Shown one piece after another: positions 25,393-36,975 of a stretch of DNA of 64,000 nucleotides. The translations under genes were made by a program, and so were the position numbers. The stretch comes from Octopus bimaculoides (taxonomy: Eukaryota). Under the pieces are notes generated by a model. It was given only the letters and a program-made list of their open reading frames with translations. It made no database searches and had not been told where the DNA came from. The stretch covers positions 149,153,822 through 149,217,821 of the forward strand of contig NC_068981.1 of the NCBI RefSeq assembly GCF_001194135.2, written 5' to 3'. How positions within the stretch are numbered: the stretch's first letter is position 1; each line of letters opens with the position of its first letter.

Positions 25393-25819
25393 TTTAGTGG
25401 CGTATATATTTTTCCCATTCCGGTAAAATATTGCTAACAAGCCACCTTTATTATTTATGTGTGAATGTGATATATCTGTGTTATGTTTTACTATGTATGT
25501 GTGTATGTGTGAGTGAGTGTGAACATGTATTTATTTTTTATATATGTATAACGGTGTACGTATGTCTATATGTATAATATGTGCAGCTATCTTCGCATGG
25601 CGATTAGGTAAGTGGGAGAAGGTGCAAGTCCGTTTATGTTAGTATGTATATTTATGTATGTCTGTGGACCAAATGATTCGGATGTGAATGTTCGAGGAAT
25701 GGGTGAGTTCATACTATGGACATTCTTTTGCTAGTCTGTTTATTCCAACTACTAAATGTTACCATAAAAATCATTAAACGCCTTAATGTTGTTCTACGAT
25801 AAATGCCTTTGATCTATAT

Positions 25820-26088
25820 CAGTGCTTCTCAACCAGGGTCCACAAGACCCTTGGGGTGGAGGTGGGGTGGTGGATATAAAATTTTCTTTCGTTAAAATTT
25901 ATGTGCAATAAATTGCTTATACTTCTTCAATACACCAAATATCTTAACACTTTTTATGCAATTCCTAATGATATTTAATTCTAAAATTTTCATGAAATTT
26001 TTCTAGCCATCAAATGGTTATGAGAGTCCACCCAAATAAAATCGAAGAGGTGCAAACGTAAAAAAAAAAAAATTGGTCGAGAACCATT
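25820..26088. mobile_element. hAT-like MITE
   Basis: CAGTGCTTCTCAACC / GGTCGAGAACCATT termini; ATCTATAT duplicated on both flanks. Confidence 0.65.
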
Positions 26089-26869
26089 ATCTATATGATA
26101 ACTTACAACCGACTTTATTTTGACTTTATTTTGATTTACCTCTATAACTTTCATTCTGATTAATCGTCTTAAATCTTAGAGGAGATATCAAGTGAAAGCA
26201 TTAAGTATGCGGTCTATTTACGTATTGCGAACACACCCAAAATAGCCCATTCCAAAACATTCATTAGGTCGATTATGCCTTCAAATCATGACATCCGAAG
26301 AAAAGAATGAACATATTTCCTTATAATATGAAATGTATTACATAAAATTATATGAATTGTGCAGCGTTGTATGAGATATGGTATAAATATTAGTCAGTAT
26401 ACAGAAACAATTGCAATGTAAATTTAACTTCTCCTTTCCCCATTTAAATTATTATTATAATTATTATTGTTCCTACAGCAGAGTAGTTTCCACAACAGTA
26501 TGCTAGGTGGTGCTGTTAAACTCCTTAATAGATTGATTCTGCTGTATGGGTAACGATATATCTCAATGGTAGCGGTGTGATGAGTGATATAGTGATTTAT
26601 ACACTTTCTTTTAGTTGTACTTATTATTAAGTAACTTGTTGCTAACATCTAAGAACTATATTTATTGTATTAAGACCTGCTCATTCACTACTAAATAACT
26701 CAATACCTACCTACCTACCTACATAATACATACATACATATATGCATACATATGCATATCACACGAACATATATACATACATATATATATACATATTATA
26801 CGTACATCATATACATATACATTGTATACATATATACATAAATATATATACAATTATACACACATATAT

Positions 26870-26929
<60 letters not shown>

Positions 26930-27863
26930 NNNNNNNNNNNNNNNNNNNNNNNNNNNNNNNNNNNNNNNNNNNNNNNNNNNNNNNNNNNNNNNNNNNNNNN
27001 NNNNNNNNNNNNNNNNNNNNNNNNNNNNNNNNNNNNNNNNNNNNNNNNNNNNNNNNNNNNNNNNNNNNNNNNNNNNNNNNNNNNNNNNNNNNNNNNNNNN
27101 NNNNNNNNNNNNNNNNNNNNNNNNNNNNNNNNNNNNNNNNNNNNNNNNNNNNNNNNNNNNNNNNNNNNNNNNNNNNNNNNNNNNNNNNNNNNNNNNNNNN
27201 NNNNNNNNNNNNNNNNNNNNNNNNNNNNNNNNNNNNNNNNNNNNNNNNNNNNNNNNNNNNNNNNNNNNNNNNNNNNNNNNNNNNNNNNNNNNNNNNNNNN
27301 NNNNNNNNNNNNNNNNNNNNNNNNNNNNNNNNNNNNNNNNNNNNNNNNNNNNNNNNNNNNNNNNNNNNNNNNNNNNNNNNNNNNNNNNNNNNNNNNNNNN
27401 NNNNNNNNNNNNNNNNNNNNNNNNNNNNNNNNNNNNNNNNNNNNNNNNNNNNNNNNNNNNNNNNNNNNNNNNNNNNNNNNNNNNNNNNNNNNNNNNNNNN
27501 NNNNNNNNNNNNNNNNNNNNNNNNNNNNNNNNNNNNNNNNNNNNNNNNNNNNNNNNNNNNNNNNNNNNNNNNNNNNNNNNNNNNNNNNNNNNNNNNNNNN
27601 NNNNNNNNNNNNNNNNNNNNNNNNNNNNNNNNNNNNNNNNNNNNNNNNNNNNNNNNNNNNNNNNNNNNNNNNNNNNNNNNNNNNNNNNNNNNNNNNNNNN
27701 NNNNNNNNNNNNNNNNNNNNNNNNNNNNNNNNNNNNNNNNNNNNNNNNNNNNNNNNNNNNNNNNNNNNNNNNNNNNNNNNNNNNNNNNNNNNNNNAACTT
27801 CAACACGGAAAACACGAGCAACATCGGGTCCAACAGCTAGTATATACACAAATATACGCGCAT

Positions 27864-27929
<66 letters not shown>

Positions 27930-28149
27930 TTATATATACATACTTACATACATCTCAAACACCTTAACCCCTAAGCCTTCTGCACCCACATGTTTTTTTT
28001 ATCAATCCTTGCAACCAAATTTTACTGAAGATATAACAAATTAGCACTTGTACGCTTGATGCTGAATTTACTTTAAATATCTCCATATGAATAATATTTT
28101 ATCTAACTATGTATATATCTCTGTCTGAGTGAGTACGCATATCTCTTAT

Positions 28150-28470
28150 CCTATGCTTAGGTCATTAGACTGCGGGCGTGCTGGGGCTCTGCCGTGAGGA
28201 ATTTTCATCGAACGAAGTGACCTTGGTATTTTTGCTTTTCTTTTTTAAACCTGGTACGTATTCTATCGCTTTCTTTTGTCGAACTGTTAAGTTATAGGGT
28301 CGTAAATACTCCAACAACAGTTGTCAGTGGTGGTGGTGGGGGATAAACACAGACACACGCACACATGACTGAATGACGGAATGACGGTCTTCTTTCAGTC
28401 TCCGTCTTCCAAATCCACTCACAAGTCTTTGGTCGGCCAGGGGCTAAAACAGAAGACACATGTCCAAGGT
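28150..28470 (-). mobile_element. SINE family B, diverged
   Basis: TCTTTCAGT.TCCGTCT.CCAAATCCACTCACAAG..TTTGGTCGGCC. Confidence 0.7.
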
Positions 28471-28785
28471 AGAAAGAACGCTGTAAGAGGCAAACATCTT
28501 CCGAGATGAAAAATCCACGAGGTTTGTGTCATGACTTTTATATTAGCACTTTCCAGAAATTAACATGTTCGTAGACATTTCATGTAAACATAAAAGGTTC
28601 GTCTATCCCCACCTCATTTTGTTCCTGAATTTATGTGCTTTTTGGATAGTTTGAAAGTTAATCGACTGGTATAGCACTATTTCTCGCTGTCGTTCACTGT
28701 TTTTATCTTTTAATCACATAAAACGATATCTACTTTAAAATATATTCATTTATGCCTTGAAGGACATTTGCAAATTGTATGTGTA

Positions 28786-28819
<34 letters not shown>

Positions 28820-28891
28820 CACACACAGCAGTGTAACTACAGCCGTATCGTTGGCGATCTCTTTTGCCTCTTTCGACTTTTCCCTTTCTCC

Positions 28892-28924
28892 TTTCGGACG
28901 AAGTGCTATGCTTGAAACGTCAAA
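28892..28924 (+). ncRNA. Degenerate minimal hammerhead motif (GAGCGTC..CTAATAC family)
   Basis: TTT-CGGACGA(U4>G)-A-GTGC(TAT)GCTT-GAAA-CG-TC^AAA; stem II imperfect; downstream GAGCGTC..CTAATAC shared with 43253 and 60857. Confidence 0.45.
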
Positions 28925-29039
28925 CTCCATCTTTTCAATGAGCGTCAAGCTAATACATTGTGTACGTCTTCGTCACCCGTTTTTATTCATTTATTTGAAT
29001 TGACTATATATATATGTGTGTGTGTGTGTCTGTGCGATA

Positions 29040-29275
29040 ATCATTTTGTGTGTCTGTATGTTTCGGTATTTCCCCACTCCACCGTTTCACGACAGCTGTT
29101 GGTGTGTTTACGTCCCTGTAACTTAGAGGTTCGGCATGTAAGATCGATGGAATAAGTAGGAGGTGTAACAAAAAAAAGTACTGGTGTAGATTAATTAATT
29201 CGACTAAAACTCATTCAGAGTGGTGCCGCAGCATGGCTGCTGTCTAATGACTGAAACAAGTAAAAGATAAAAGAT
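29040..29275 (+). mobile_element. SINE family B, 3' half
   Basis: GTGTGTTTACGTCCC.GTAACTTAG.GGTTCGGC...ATGACTGAAACAAGTAAAAGATAAAAGA. Confidence 0.75.
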
Positions 29276-29557
29276 ATATATATATATATATGCGCGCACG
29301 TGTAAGTGAGTGTGCATACGCGTGAGTGTGCATGTGTGTATATATATATGTGTGTGTGTGTGAGTGTGTATATATGTATGTATTTATATTTATTTATCTA
29401 TAGACACATATATTTACACATCTATATATATACAGATATGCATCTATTTATACATTTATATATATACTATATAGATATACATGTATATTTACACACACAC
29501 ACACACGCACACATGCACACACGCACGCACACACAAACACACATATATACGTTTATT

Positions 29558-29593
<36 letters not shown>

Positions 29594-29603
29594 NNNNNNN
29601 NNN

Positions 29604-29640
<37 letters not shown>

Positions 29641-30504
29641 GCACATTCAAGCGTGAGATCATAACTCATATCGTTAAGTACGTATCTAAACTTTATAATT
29701 ATTTTATATTTAAGGAAAATTATTATTTATAACAATATTTTTGTTATTTTATTTTCTAATAAAAATTTGCAACGTAAACATTATGAAGTTAAATTACTTT
29801 AACAGGCGATAGTAAACGTCACCAGCTACATATCATCTCTTACATAAAATCTGATGGGGAAGTCGGTATGCAATTTGTGGAAAATAGCAGCCAAACACCC
29901 TTCAAGTCACAGCTGGCCGTCTTCAGTGTAAATTTTCATTCATAGGTTTAGTCAATCAGGATTAGTGTTACGCAGTAATAGTAAAAACAACAAAACAATA
30001 TGTAAGGGACAACGAAGTAAAAAGTGTGTGATTACACGTGCTGATCGAAATGACATCACACTGTACTCGTCTGTAAAGTGTTTTTTTATTTGAGTAAAAG
30101 AGAAGCACTTCTGAGGGTGGGGCTTTGTCAATACCAACCGACTCCAGTACTTGACCGATACTTTATTTTAACGACCCTAGAGGGATGAAAAGCAAAGTTA
30201 ACTATGGCGCGATTGAACACAGAATCTAAAGGGCAGTAACAAATGGCATGTAGAGCAATTTATCCGATGTTCTGATGAGTCTGCTATCTCGCCACTATGT
30301 TCCCGTCTCAAGAAGAAGAAGAAGAAGAAGAAGAAGAAGAAGAGGAGGAGACATTGAATGAATACAGATGGGATTTTCACGATTGGAACACGGAGGCAAA
30401 GCATCATTTCCCACAAGCGAAATCATATATGATGTGAATCGCTTTTGTCTGGTTTCTTCAAACAAAATCTTTAAGGCACAATGTTTGAAATTTTTGGGGA
30501 TCGT

Positions 30505-30670
30505 AGACCAGTCGATTACATTGACTCCAGTGCTCAACTGGTACTTATTTTTATCGACCCTGAGAGGACGAAAGGCAAAATCGATTGCAGTACAATTTTA
30601 GTGCAGAACGTAAACAGCCGGAAGAAATTCTGCTAAGCGTTTTGTCCGACACGTTAACGATTCCGCCTTC
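30505..30670 (-). mobile_element. SINE family A
   Basis: GATTACAT.GAC.CCAGTGCTCAACTGGTACTTATTTT.ATCGACCC...TGCTAAGCG; a further partial copy at about 30135-30225. Confidence 0.75.
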
Positions 30671-30899
30671 TTGATGATAGTAGAAATGATAATGACAATA
30701 ATATAAAATTATTATGAGTAATGCTTCAGGCCCTTTCGATTGGTTCGTTCTATGAAGGAAATAGAAATTCCCACTCGGCAACCATAGATATATCGTTTCG
30801 ATCTACAAGTCAAAGTGACATTTCAAAACATCGAAATGTCACTTTGACTTGTAGATGTGAAATCACAAGAGTTAGAAGGAACAACCGCCGGCTTTTAGC

Positions 30900-30945
<46 letters not shown>

Positions 30946-31214
30946 CGCGCGCGCTCGTGCATATGTGTATTCATTTCATCGCCAGATTTTTAGATTCAAT
31001 TTGCGACAGTGCCATTATACTCTTGTGAGATCATCGCCAAATCTGTTGACAAATTTAAGCTGGTAATAATAATATTACAGAGATGTACTTGCATAGCAAG
31101 TGACCTGATATGAGATCGTGTGCTGGAACGAAAACAATTGCAGCGTGGAAGGTGTTTATAAGCCATTTAAAATAACACACAAAAACCGTTAGATTCACTT
31201 CAACATTTAAATTT

Positions 31215-31270
31215 AATTTGTCAAAATATTTTCGTCGCTTTGAGACCGCGACCTGTTCACTCACAAAATT
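31215..31270 (-). ncRNA. Type I hammerhead-like motif with compensatory G3-C8 core
   Basis: Minus strand AATTTTGTGA-GTGAACA-G-GTCGC(GGTCTCAAA)GCGAC-GAAA-A(TA)T-TT^TGACAAATT; 5-bp stem II, palindrome AAAATATTTT, stem I with one mismatch. Confidence 0.55.
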
Positions 31271-31530
31271 CTGTTCTGTTATTTCTATTCATATTGTATA
31301 GACCCTGGTCAGCTCTAATCAAAGAAAGAGATTAAAGAGAGGCATTGTAGACTTTACGAATTCATTTTATCCATTTTATTGATTTGATTTACTCTTGATT
31401 TTATGTATGTTGAAGATAACATTATCCAATGCATCCTTTCTCTGTTTCCTTAAAATACATTTCGTGTTACCTATATTAATATGCAACCGGACATAACTAA
31501 TGCCTGCTGTTCATTGCATTTTTCATAAAT

Positions 31531-31719
31531 TTGTCTGTCTGCTTCTGTCTGTCTGTCTGCCTCTGTTTCTGTCTGTCTGCCTGTCTGTCTGTCTGCCTGT
31601 CTGCCTCTGTCTGTCTGTCTGCTTCTGTCTGTCTGCTTCTGTCTGTCTGTCTGTCTGCCTCTCTCTGTCTGTCTGCCTCTGTTTCCGTCTGTCTGTTTCT
31701 GTCTGTCTGTCTGTCTGCC

Positions 31720-31758
<39 letters not shown>

Positions 31759-31790
31759 GCCTCTGTCTCTGTCTGTCTCTTTCTCTCTCT
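31531..31790. repeat. (TCTG)n-based compound microsatellite
   Basis: Visible; punctuated by TCTGCC/TCTGCT variants. Confidence 0.95.
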
Positions 31791-31924
31791 TTCCCTTTCT
31801 CTCTCTAGGTCGAATAAAGCAAACACTTTTGGTGAGTTGTTGATGACCACCAATTGAGATTCTCAAGTATTACTTTAAAACTAATATAACTCTTACCATA
31901 TTTGGTTATTAAAATATGCGAAAC

Positions 31925-32165
31925 CGAAGGTGGTGAACTGGTAGAATCGCCGGGTAAAATGCTTAGCCGGTAGAAGCACGCTGGGTAAAATGCGTAGCGG
32001 CATTTCGAACGCCTTTACTTCCTGATTCCAAATTCCGACGAGGTCAACTTTGCCTATCGTATTTTCGGGGTCGATAAAATAAGTACCGGTTGAGCACTGG
32101 GGTCGATATAATCGACTTACCCCGTCCCCCGAACTTTCTGGCCTTGTTCCAAATTTTAAAACCAA
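31925..32165 (+). mobile_element. SINE family A with duplicated head segment
   Basis: GGTGAACTGGTAGAATCG.., TTCCAAATTCCG.CGAGGTCAACTTTGCC.., tail GGCCTTGTTCCAAATTTTAAAACCAA. Confidence 0.8.
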
Positions 32166-32919
32166 TTTATGCAAAACCTTGTTGGCTTTGTAATTGTTTT
32201 AGGTACCTAAATAGTGACTCACAGACATAGGAAACCACTTCCGCTTTACATCATCAATCGGAATAATAGTGCAGAATTAGCCGAATTGGTAAATATTAAA
32301 TAATTGCTTTTCGAATCATATGTAATTAATGTAGCCGATCATTTCAACGTTCTGCCGGATCCATATAGTGTAACCAGTCATTTAAAGGATTGCCGTCTTA
32401 CATAATACTGAAGTACACTTTGTCTTTATCTAATACGTGATGTTAGTGATAGCGAATACGTCAATGGCAAAACAAGAAAAACACTTATTGGTTATGTATT
32501 TTTTAAATTATCGAATCATACATGTTCTATAAAAGGAATAAAAACGAAATGAGCACATACGTGGTCACTCAATTTGCTAGAAATTGTAGTCAAATCTCCT
32601 TTAATTCATTCTCTACTATTTTTAAAGAAAGGACGTCATATAGGACAATGTTGTCTGGAATAAATTGGTTAAAAAGACATGGGATAACGTGTAGTTGGAT
32701 AATAACAAATACACATATGTAACAGATTAAATAATAACTGAAGCAGCATGCCAGAATGTTGACTATAAACATACCTGGTAGTAACTTGTACCTGTTTTAT
32801 TGCTTTAGTCAGAGAAAGCAGGGGTTGCATCCAAGACCGTTACAGATTATCCGGTGTGGAGTGTGGGAAATAATTTCAGACTTAGAACAACAGATATAGT
32901 TCTCGATAGAATTCCATCA

Positions 32920-33325
32920 TACTCTTTACTCCTTACTTGTTTCAGTCATTTAACTGCGGCCATACTGGAGCACTGCCTTTTAGTCGAGAAAATCGACCCC
33001 AGGACTTATTCTTTGGAAGCCTAGTACTTATTCTATCGGTGTCTCTTTTGCCGAACCGCTAAGTCACAGGGACGTAAACACACCAGCATCGGTTGTCAAG
33101 CGATGCTGGGGGGACAAACACAGACACGCAAACATATACACACACATACAAATATATATATATATACGACGAGCTTCTTTCAGTTTCCGTCTACCAAATC
33201 CACTCACAAGGCTTTGGTCGGCCCGAGGCTATAGTAGAAGACACTTGCCCAAGGTGCCACGCAGTGGGAATGAAGGAGAACCATGTGGTTGGTAAGTGAG
33301 CTACTTACCACACAGCCACTCCTAC
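32920..33325 (-). mobile_element. SINE family B, full length
   Basis: Complete reverse complement from the TTTACTC tail to the CACAGCCACTCC head. Confidence 0.9.
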
Positions 33326-33404
33326 GCCTAGTATAGTATAAATTTAATTATAACATATCATCATATGCACAGTTAGCAGCGATGACTTTTTTCTTTTTTT
33401 ACCG

Positions 33405-33584
33405 GTGTGACGATATCAGTATGTGTGACGATATCAGTATGTGTGACGATATCAGTATGTGTGACGATATCAGTATGTGTGACGATATCAGTATGTGTGA
33501 CGATATCAGTATGTGTGACGATATCAGTATGTGTGACGATATCAGTATGTGTGACGATATCAGTATGTGTGACGATATCAGTAC
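33405..33584. repeat. 18-bp minisatellite (GTGTGACGATATCAGTAT) x10
   Basis: Ten units, identical except the last base of the final unit. Confidence 0.95.
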
Positions 33585-34447
33585 GTATCGGCAAACAATT
33601 TGTTGATGTTATAAACAAGTGTCTCGAACCCTTGCAAATTCATTAGTGCGGCGTGCTGCTTACTAACGACACACAACGATGTCGAAACACCCCCTTCCGG
33701 GGTGTCCCTTGCACTAACAAACCGAGTATGTTATGAACACACATTCGTTGTAAATGAGAAGTTGTTTTCCTTTGACGTAGTACAACAGTGATTAACATGT
33801 TCACGTTCAAATCTGACGGAACGTATTAAGGAAGTCATCATTAATTTAATTGTAGTAATAATTTCCAACCAAATGAAATTCAGTTGTGATCGACCTCTTA
33901 ACTGTAAGCTAAAGAACTCTGAAAGATGTTCGCAAGTAAGTAAAAAACATAGGTAAACTTCCTTCTCTGACTTTCACTCGTATTTCAATAGAAATATTAA
34001 AAAAATTCTATGAAATGATCTAAAAATGTTCTATATTGTAATTTGTTACCTACGCTGATATGGTAGGAATGCAACAATGCAAGCTGTGAAAAAGATGTTT
34101 CACTAATCTGCTAATTATGTTTCCTGATGCAGCTTGTACATATAACAATGACACTTGGTATTTTTCAAGTGAATTCCTCAAGAACTCGCAACAAATATTT
34201 TCAAAGTCAGAAAGTGTCCCGTTACAGTATAATTCATTCTTCTGGTTTCAATCATTGGATCGTGGTTATGCTGGGGAGCCGCCCTCTAATTTCGTTCTTC
34301 GGCATTCTGAGACTAAATGTTCACATGAGAGGTCTAAAAAATAAAGATAAATAAAATTTAAAAAAAAAGATAAAAAGCGATCGATAAAATTTACTATATA
34401 CCCCAACCCTAAAAATTTCTGGTATTGTACTAAAAATGAGAGTGGAA

Positions 34448-34690
34448 ACGCGTGGTTTTGTGTTCAGGTTGTAGCACTCATGATCAGAAGATTGTCGTTT
34501 CGATTTTTAGATCGGGCGATGCGTTATGTTCTTGGACAAAAGACTTCATTTTACGTTGCTCCAGTCCACTCAGCTAGCAAAACTGAGCAATCCTGCAACC
34601 GACAGGCGTCCCGTCCACTGGAGTAATATATACGCCGTAAAATCCGGGAAACCGGACTTACGGGCCTACGACTCGGGAAAGATCTTTGAT
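34448..34690 (+). mobile_element. SINE family C with a third tail type
   Basis: TTTTACGTTGCTCCAGTCCACTCAGCT.GCAAAA.TGAG core after a diverged tRNA-like head. Confidence 0.7.
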
Positions 34691-35059
34691 TCTTTGTTGA
34701 CTAAATATGAGAAAAATTTCTGTGCAGGTCAGTAAATGACAATTGTTTAAACGTTCAAATATATTATTCGACAGAAAAAAAGTAGGTTTTCCTGCACGAG
34801 TGGGACTTGAAACCATACTTCTCTGTTTACGTGACCTAGTGTGCTACTGAGTACACTAGCGAACTTCTTTGGTTGCTTCTGTCTGATTTAAGAACTATAA
34901 TTAGTCCGTAGGTGTTTTTGTAAACAAAGTTTCATGTGTTTTTACTGCGAATGGTTTTGTTAAGCAGTACTGACTTTTACCATTCTGTAAATAATAATAA
35001 TAGTATTCTATAACATACAAAGCTTATAGCGATCACCACAGAAAAAGATTATATATACA

Positions 35060-35280
35060 TACAAGGGGATGCTGAAAAGTTCCTGGCTTTATGTATATCG
35101 CGAAAGACCTACTTGAATACCCAAACTTCTGAATTCTTTTACAGGGCTTTTTAGAAAAATTGAAGGACCGCTGCAAATGTATGACTCTGAGAAGGAAATA
35201 TGTCGAATAAAATCATAATTAGCTGATCCTCCTGTATTTTCTTTTACCGAAAACCAGAAACTCTTCAGCATCCCCTCGTA
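35060..35280. mobile_element. Mariner-derived MITE, opposite orientation to 290 and 24029
   Basis: TACAAGGGGATGCTGAAAAGTTCCTGG / CCAGAAACTCTTCAGCATCCCCTCGTA; retains the transposase C-terminal remnant ..GAAATATGTCGAATAA. Confidence 0.8.
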
Positions 35281-35840
35281 TATATAACAAAATGTAAATT
35301 TAGTTACTTGGCTTTATTCAAGTGAAATTTAATAATAACCTTTTTGCAGATAACCACGATATTTTTAGGTTATGCTCATTTCCCAAACTAGTTTTAAAAT
35401 TTTGAACAAAATTAATAAGCTTCTAAGGTCGTTAATGTTAAATAGTTAACAACACAGTAAATGTATTTCAAAAGTGATAGCATAAAAACTGATCAGAAAT
35501 TATATATTGAATACTAATATAGTGAGAATGTTACTGAAAATTACAAGCTCCATATATTTAACATTAAAACAGATGCAGATAGCTCAGACAAAAGCAAAGT
35601 CCTTACTCAAATTACCGACCCCCAAGCGTCACTGTCTATTGGAGACACAAGTATGCGATAACAGACCTCAAGTAAATTAGTAAACATTTAGGATAAACTT
35701 ACCAGTCAATAGAGAAATTACGTATGCTTCTGTGCGTAAACATTGGTTAAGTTAGAATTAAACAAAGTCACAGGAAGCAGCGTTGACTAAATTATATTTA
35801 TGTAAAGTCATATTTCACACGTAGGGAGACCTTCCGCTGT

Positions 35841-35911
35841 GAAGTAATCCTGGGAGAGAAGTAATCCTGGGAGAGAAGTAATCCTGGGAGAGAAGTAATC
35901 CTGGGAGAGAA
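35841..35911. repeat. 17-bp minisatellite (GAAGTAATCCTGGGAGA) x4
   Basis: Four identical units. Confidence 0.95.
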
Positions 35912-36454
35912 TTCACCTCTAAGACTACATCTGTGAAGACACTTTAGATTAAGAATGATGTCATTGGATTGTAGGGCACATGCGTTACTTCGTAGTTCAC
36001 ATCGTCAACTTCGAGCACTAAATCGAGTTATTCTTAATTCTAGCTTGACAGAATTTTACGCACATTAACACACGGACCATATTTTGTTTTAATATAGGAA
36101 AGCGTTCGTTCTTATCAGGCAGTAAACGACAAATTTGGTGCTCGTAATTGACGATGCCAAAGAATGCTAAGACGCATATATCCTACGATCTAATGATGTC
36201 GTTCACAGCCCAAAGCGTATTCAAAGAAAATTTTCTCCCGCGACTGTTTGCGCAGCGGAAGGTCTTCCCACCTTTGATTATGCTCAAGCATGTCAAACAG
36301 GACATGAATATATTTTATTGTTGTAGTTCTTTTTGTAGAGAGCAAGAAAACATTCAGATGACCTATATTGTTATACACACACACATACATGCATACATGC
36401 AAATGGCAGACAGACAGACAAACATATGTATACATGTACTTATATGTAGTTTCT

Positions 36455-36975
36455 TTCTGTTCGGCCAAGAAAGACTACAACTACAAGCATAAGATTTTGG
36501 GATTTTTCGCACACTGGAAATTATATATGCATTATGAAATACTAACAAAAAGACGTTATATAAACATTGAGCCAGAAGGTCTGAAGAAACGACAAAGCAA
36601 TCATGTCTGGTATGTGCCAATGCACATAGGCATGGAGATCACTGTTAACCGATCCGATTTTGCTGTCAAGGTCCGACAGGAAATACTGTACTTCTAACCG
36701 ACATATCTGGCTTCACATACAATAAAGATCTCCAAAATAGAAATGGAGGAGTGATTTTAATATAAAAGCTTGGAAATAGAGATACCCAGGACATAGAGAT
36801 AACCAAGCATCAAACCAATGTGAACGACATCTTAAATAACAAATGCATTAGAATTAATTGAAAAAAATTGTAGAAAATTCATAATGAAACCCACTGGACT
36901 TGCGTATACACAATATATGATATAGAACTATTAGGCACAACAGACCTACCATGTAGAACTATTTCAATAAAAAGT
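36455..36975 (+). mobile_element. Decayed 3' end of an RLE-type (R4/Dong-like) non-LTR retrotransposon
   Basis: KKDYNYKHKILGFFAHWKL...IEPE...VWYVPMHIGMEITVNRSDFAVK, then TVLLTDIS and ELLGT..RTISIK in other frames; resembles RHD....IHW / WD.PI.TD..I.ANRPDIV / LIDI / LLGT motifs of restriction-like endonucleases. Confidence 0.75.

Noticed and set aside
33405-33584. CRISPR-like array
   Set aside because: Contiguous identical units with no unique spacers in a eukaryotic context.
34775-34865. tRNA gene on the minus strand (GGTTTCAAGTCCC B box, T-run)
   Set aside because: No acceptor stem or cloverleaf can be formed; at most a tRNA-derived repeat fragment.
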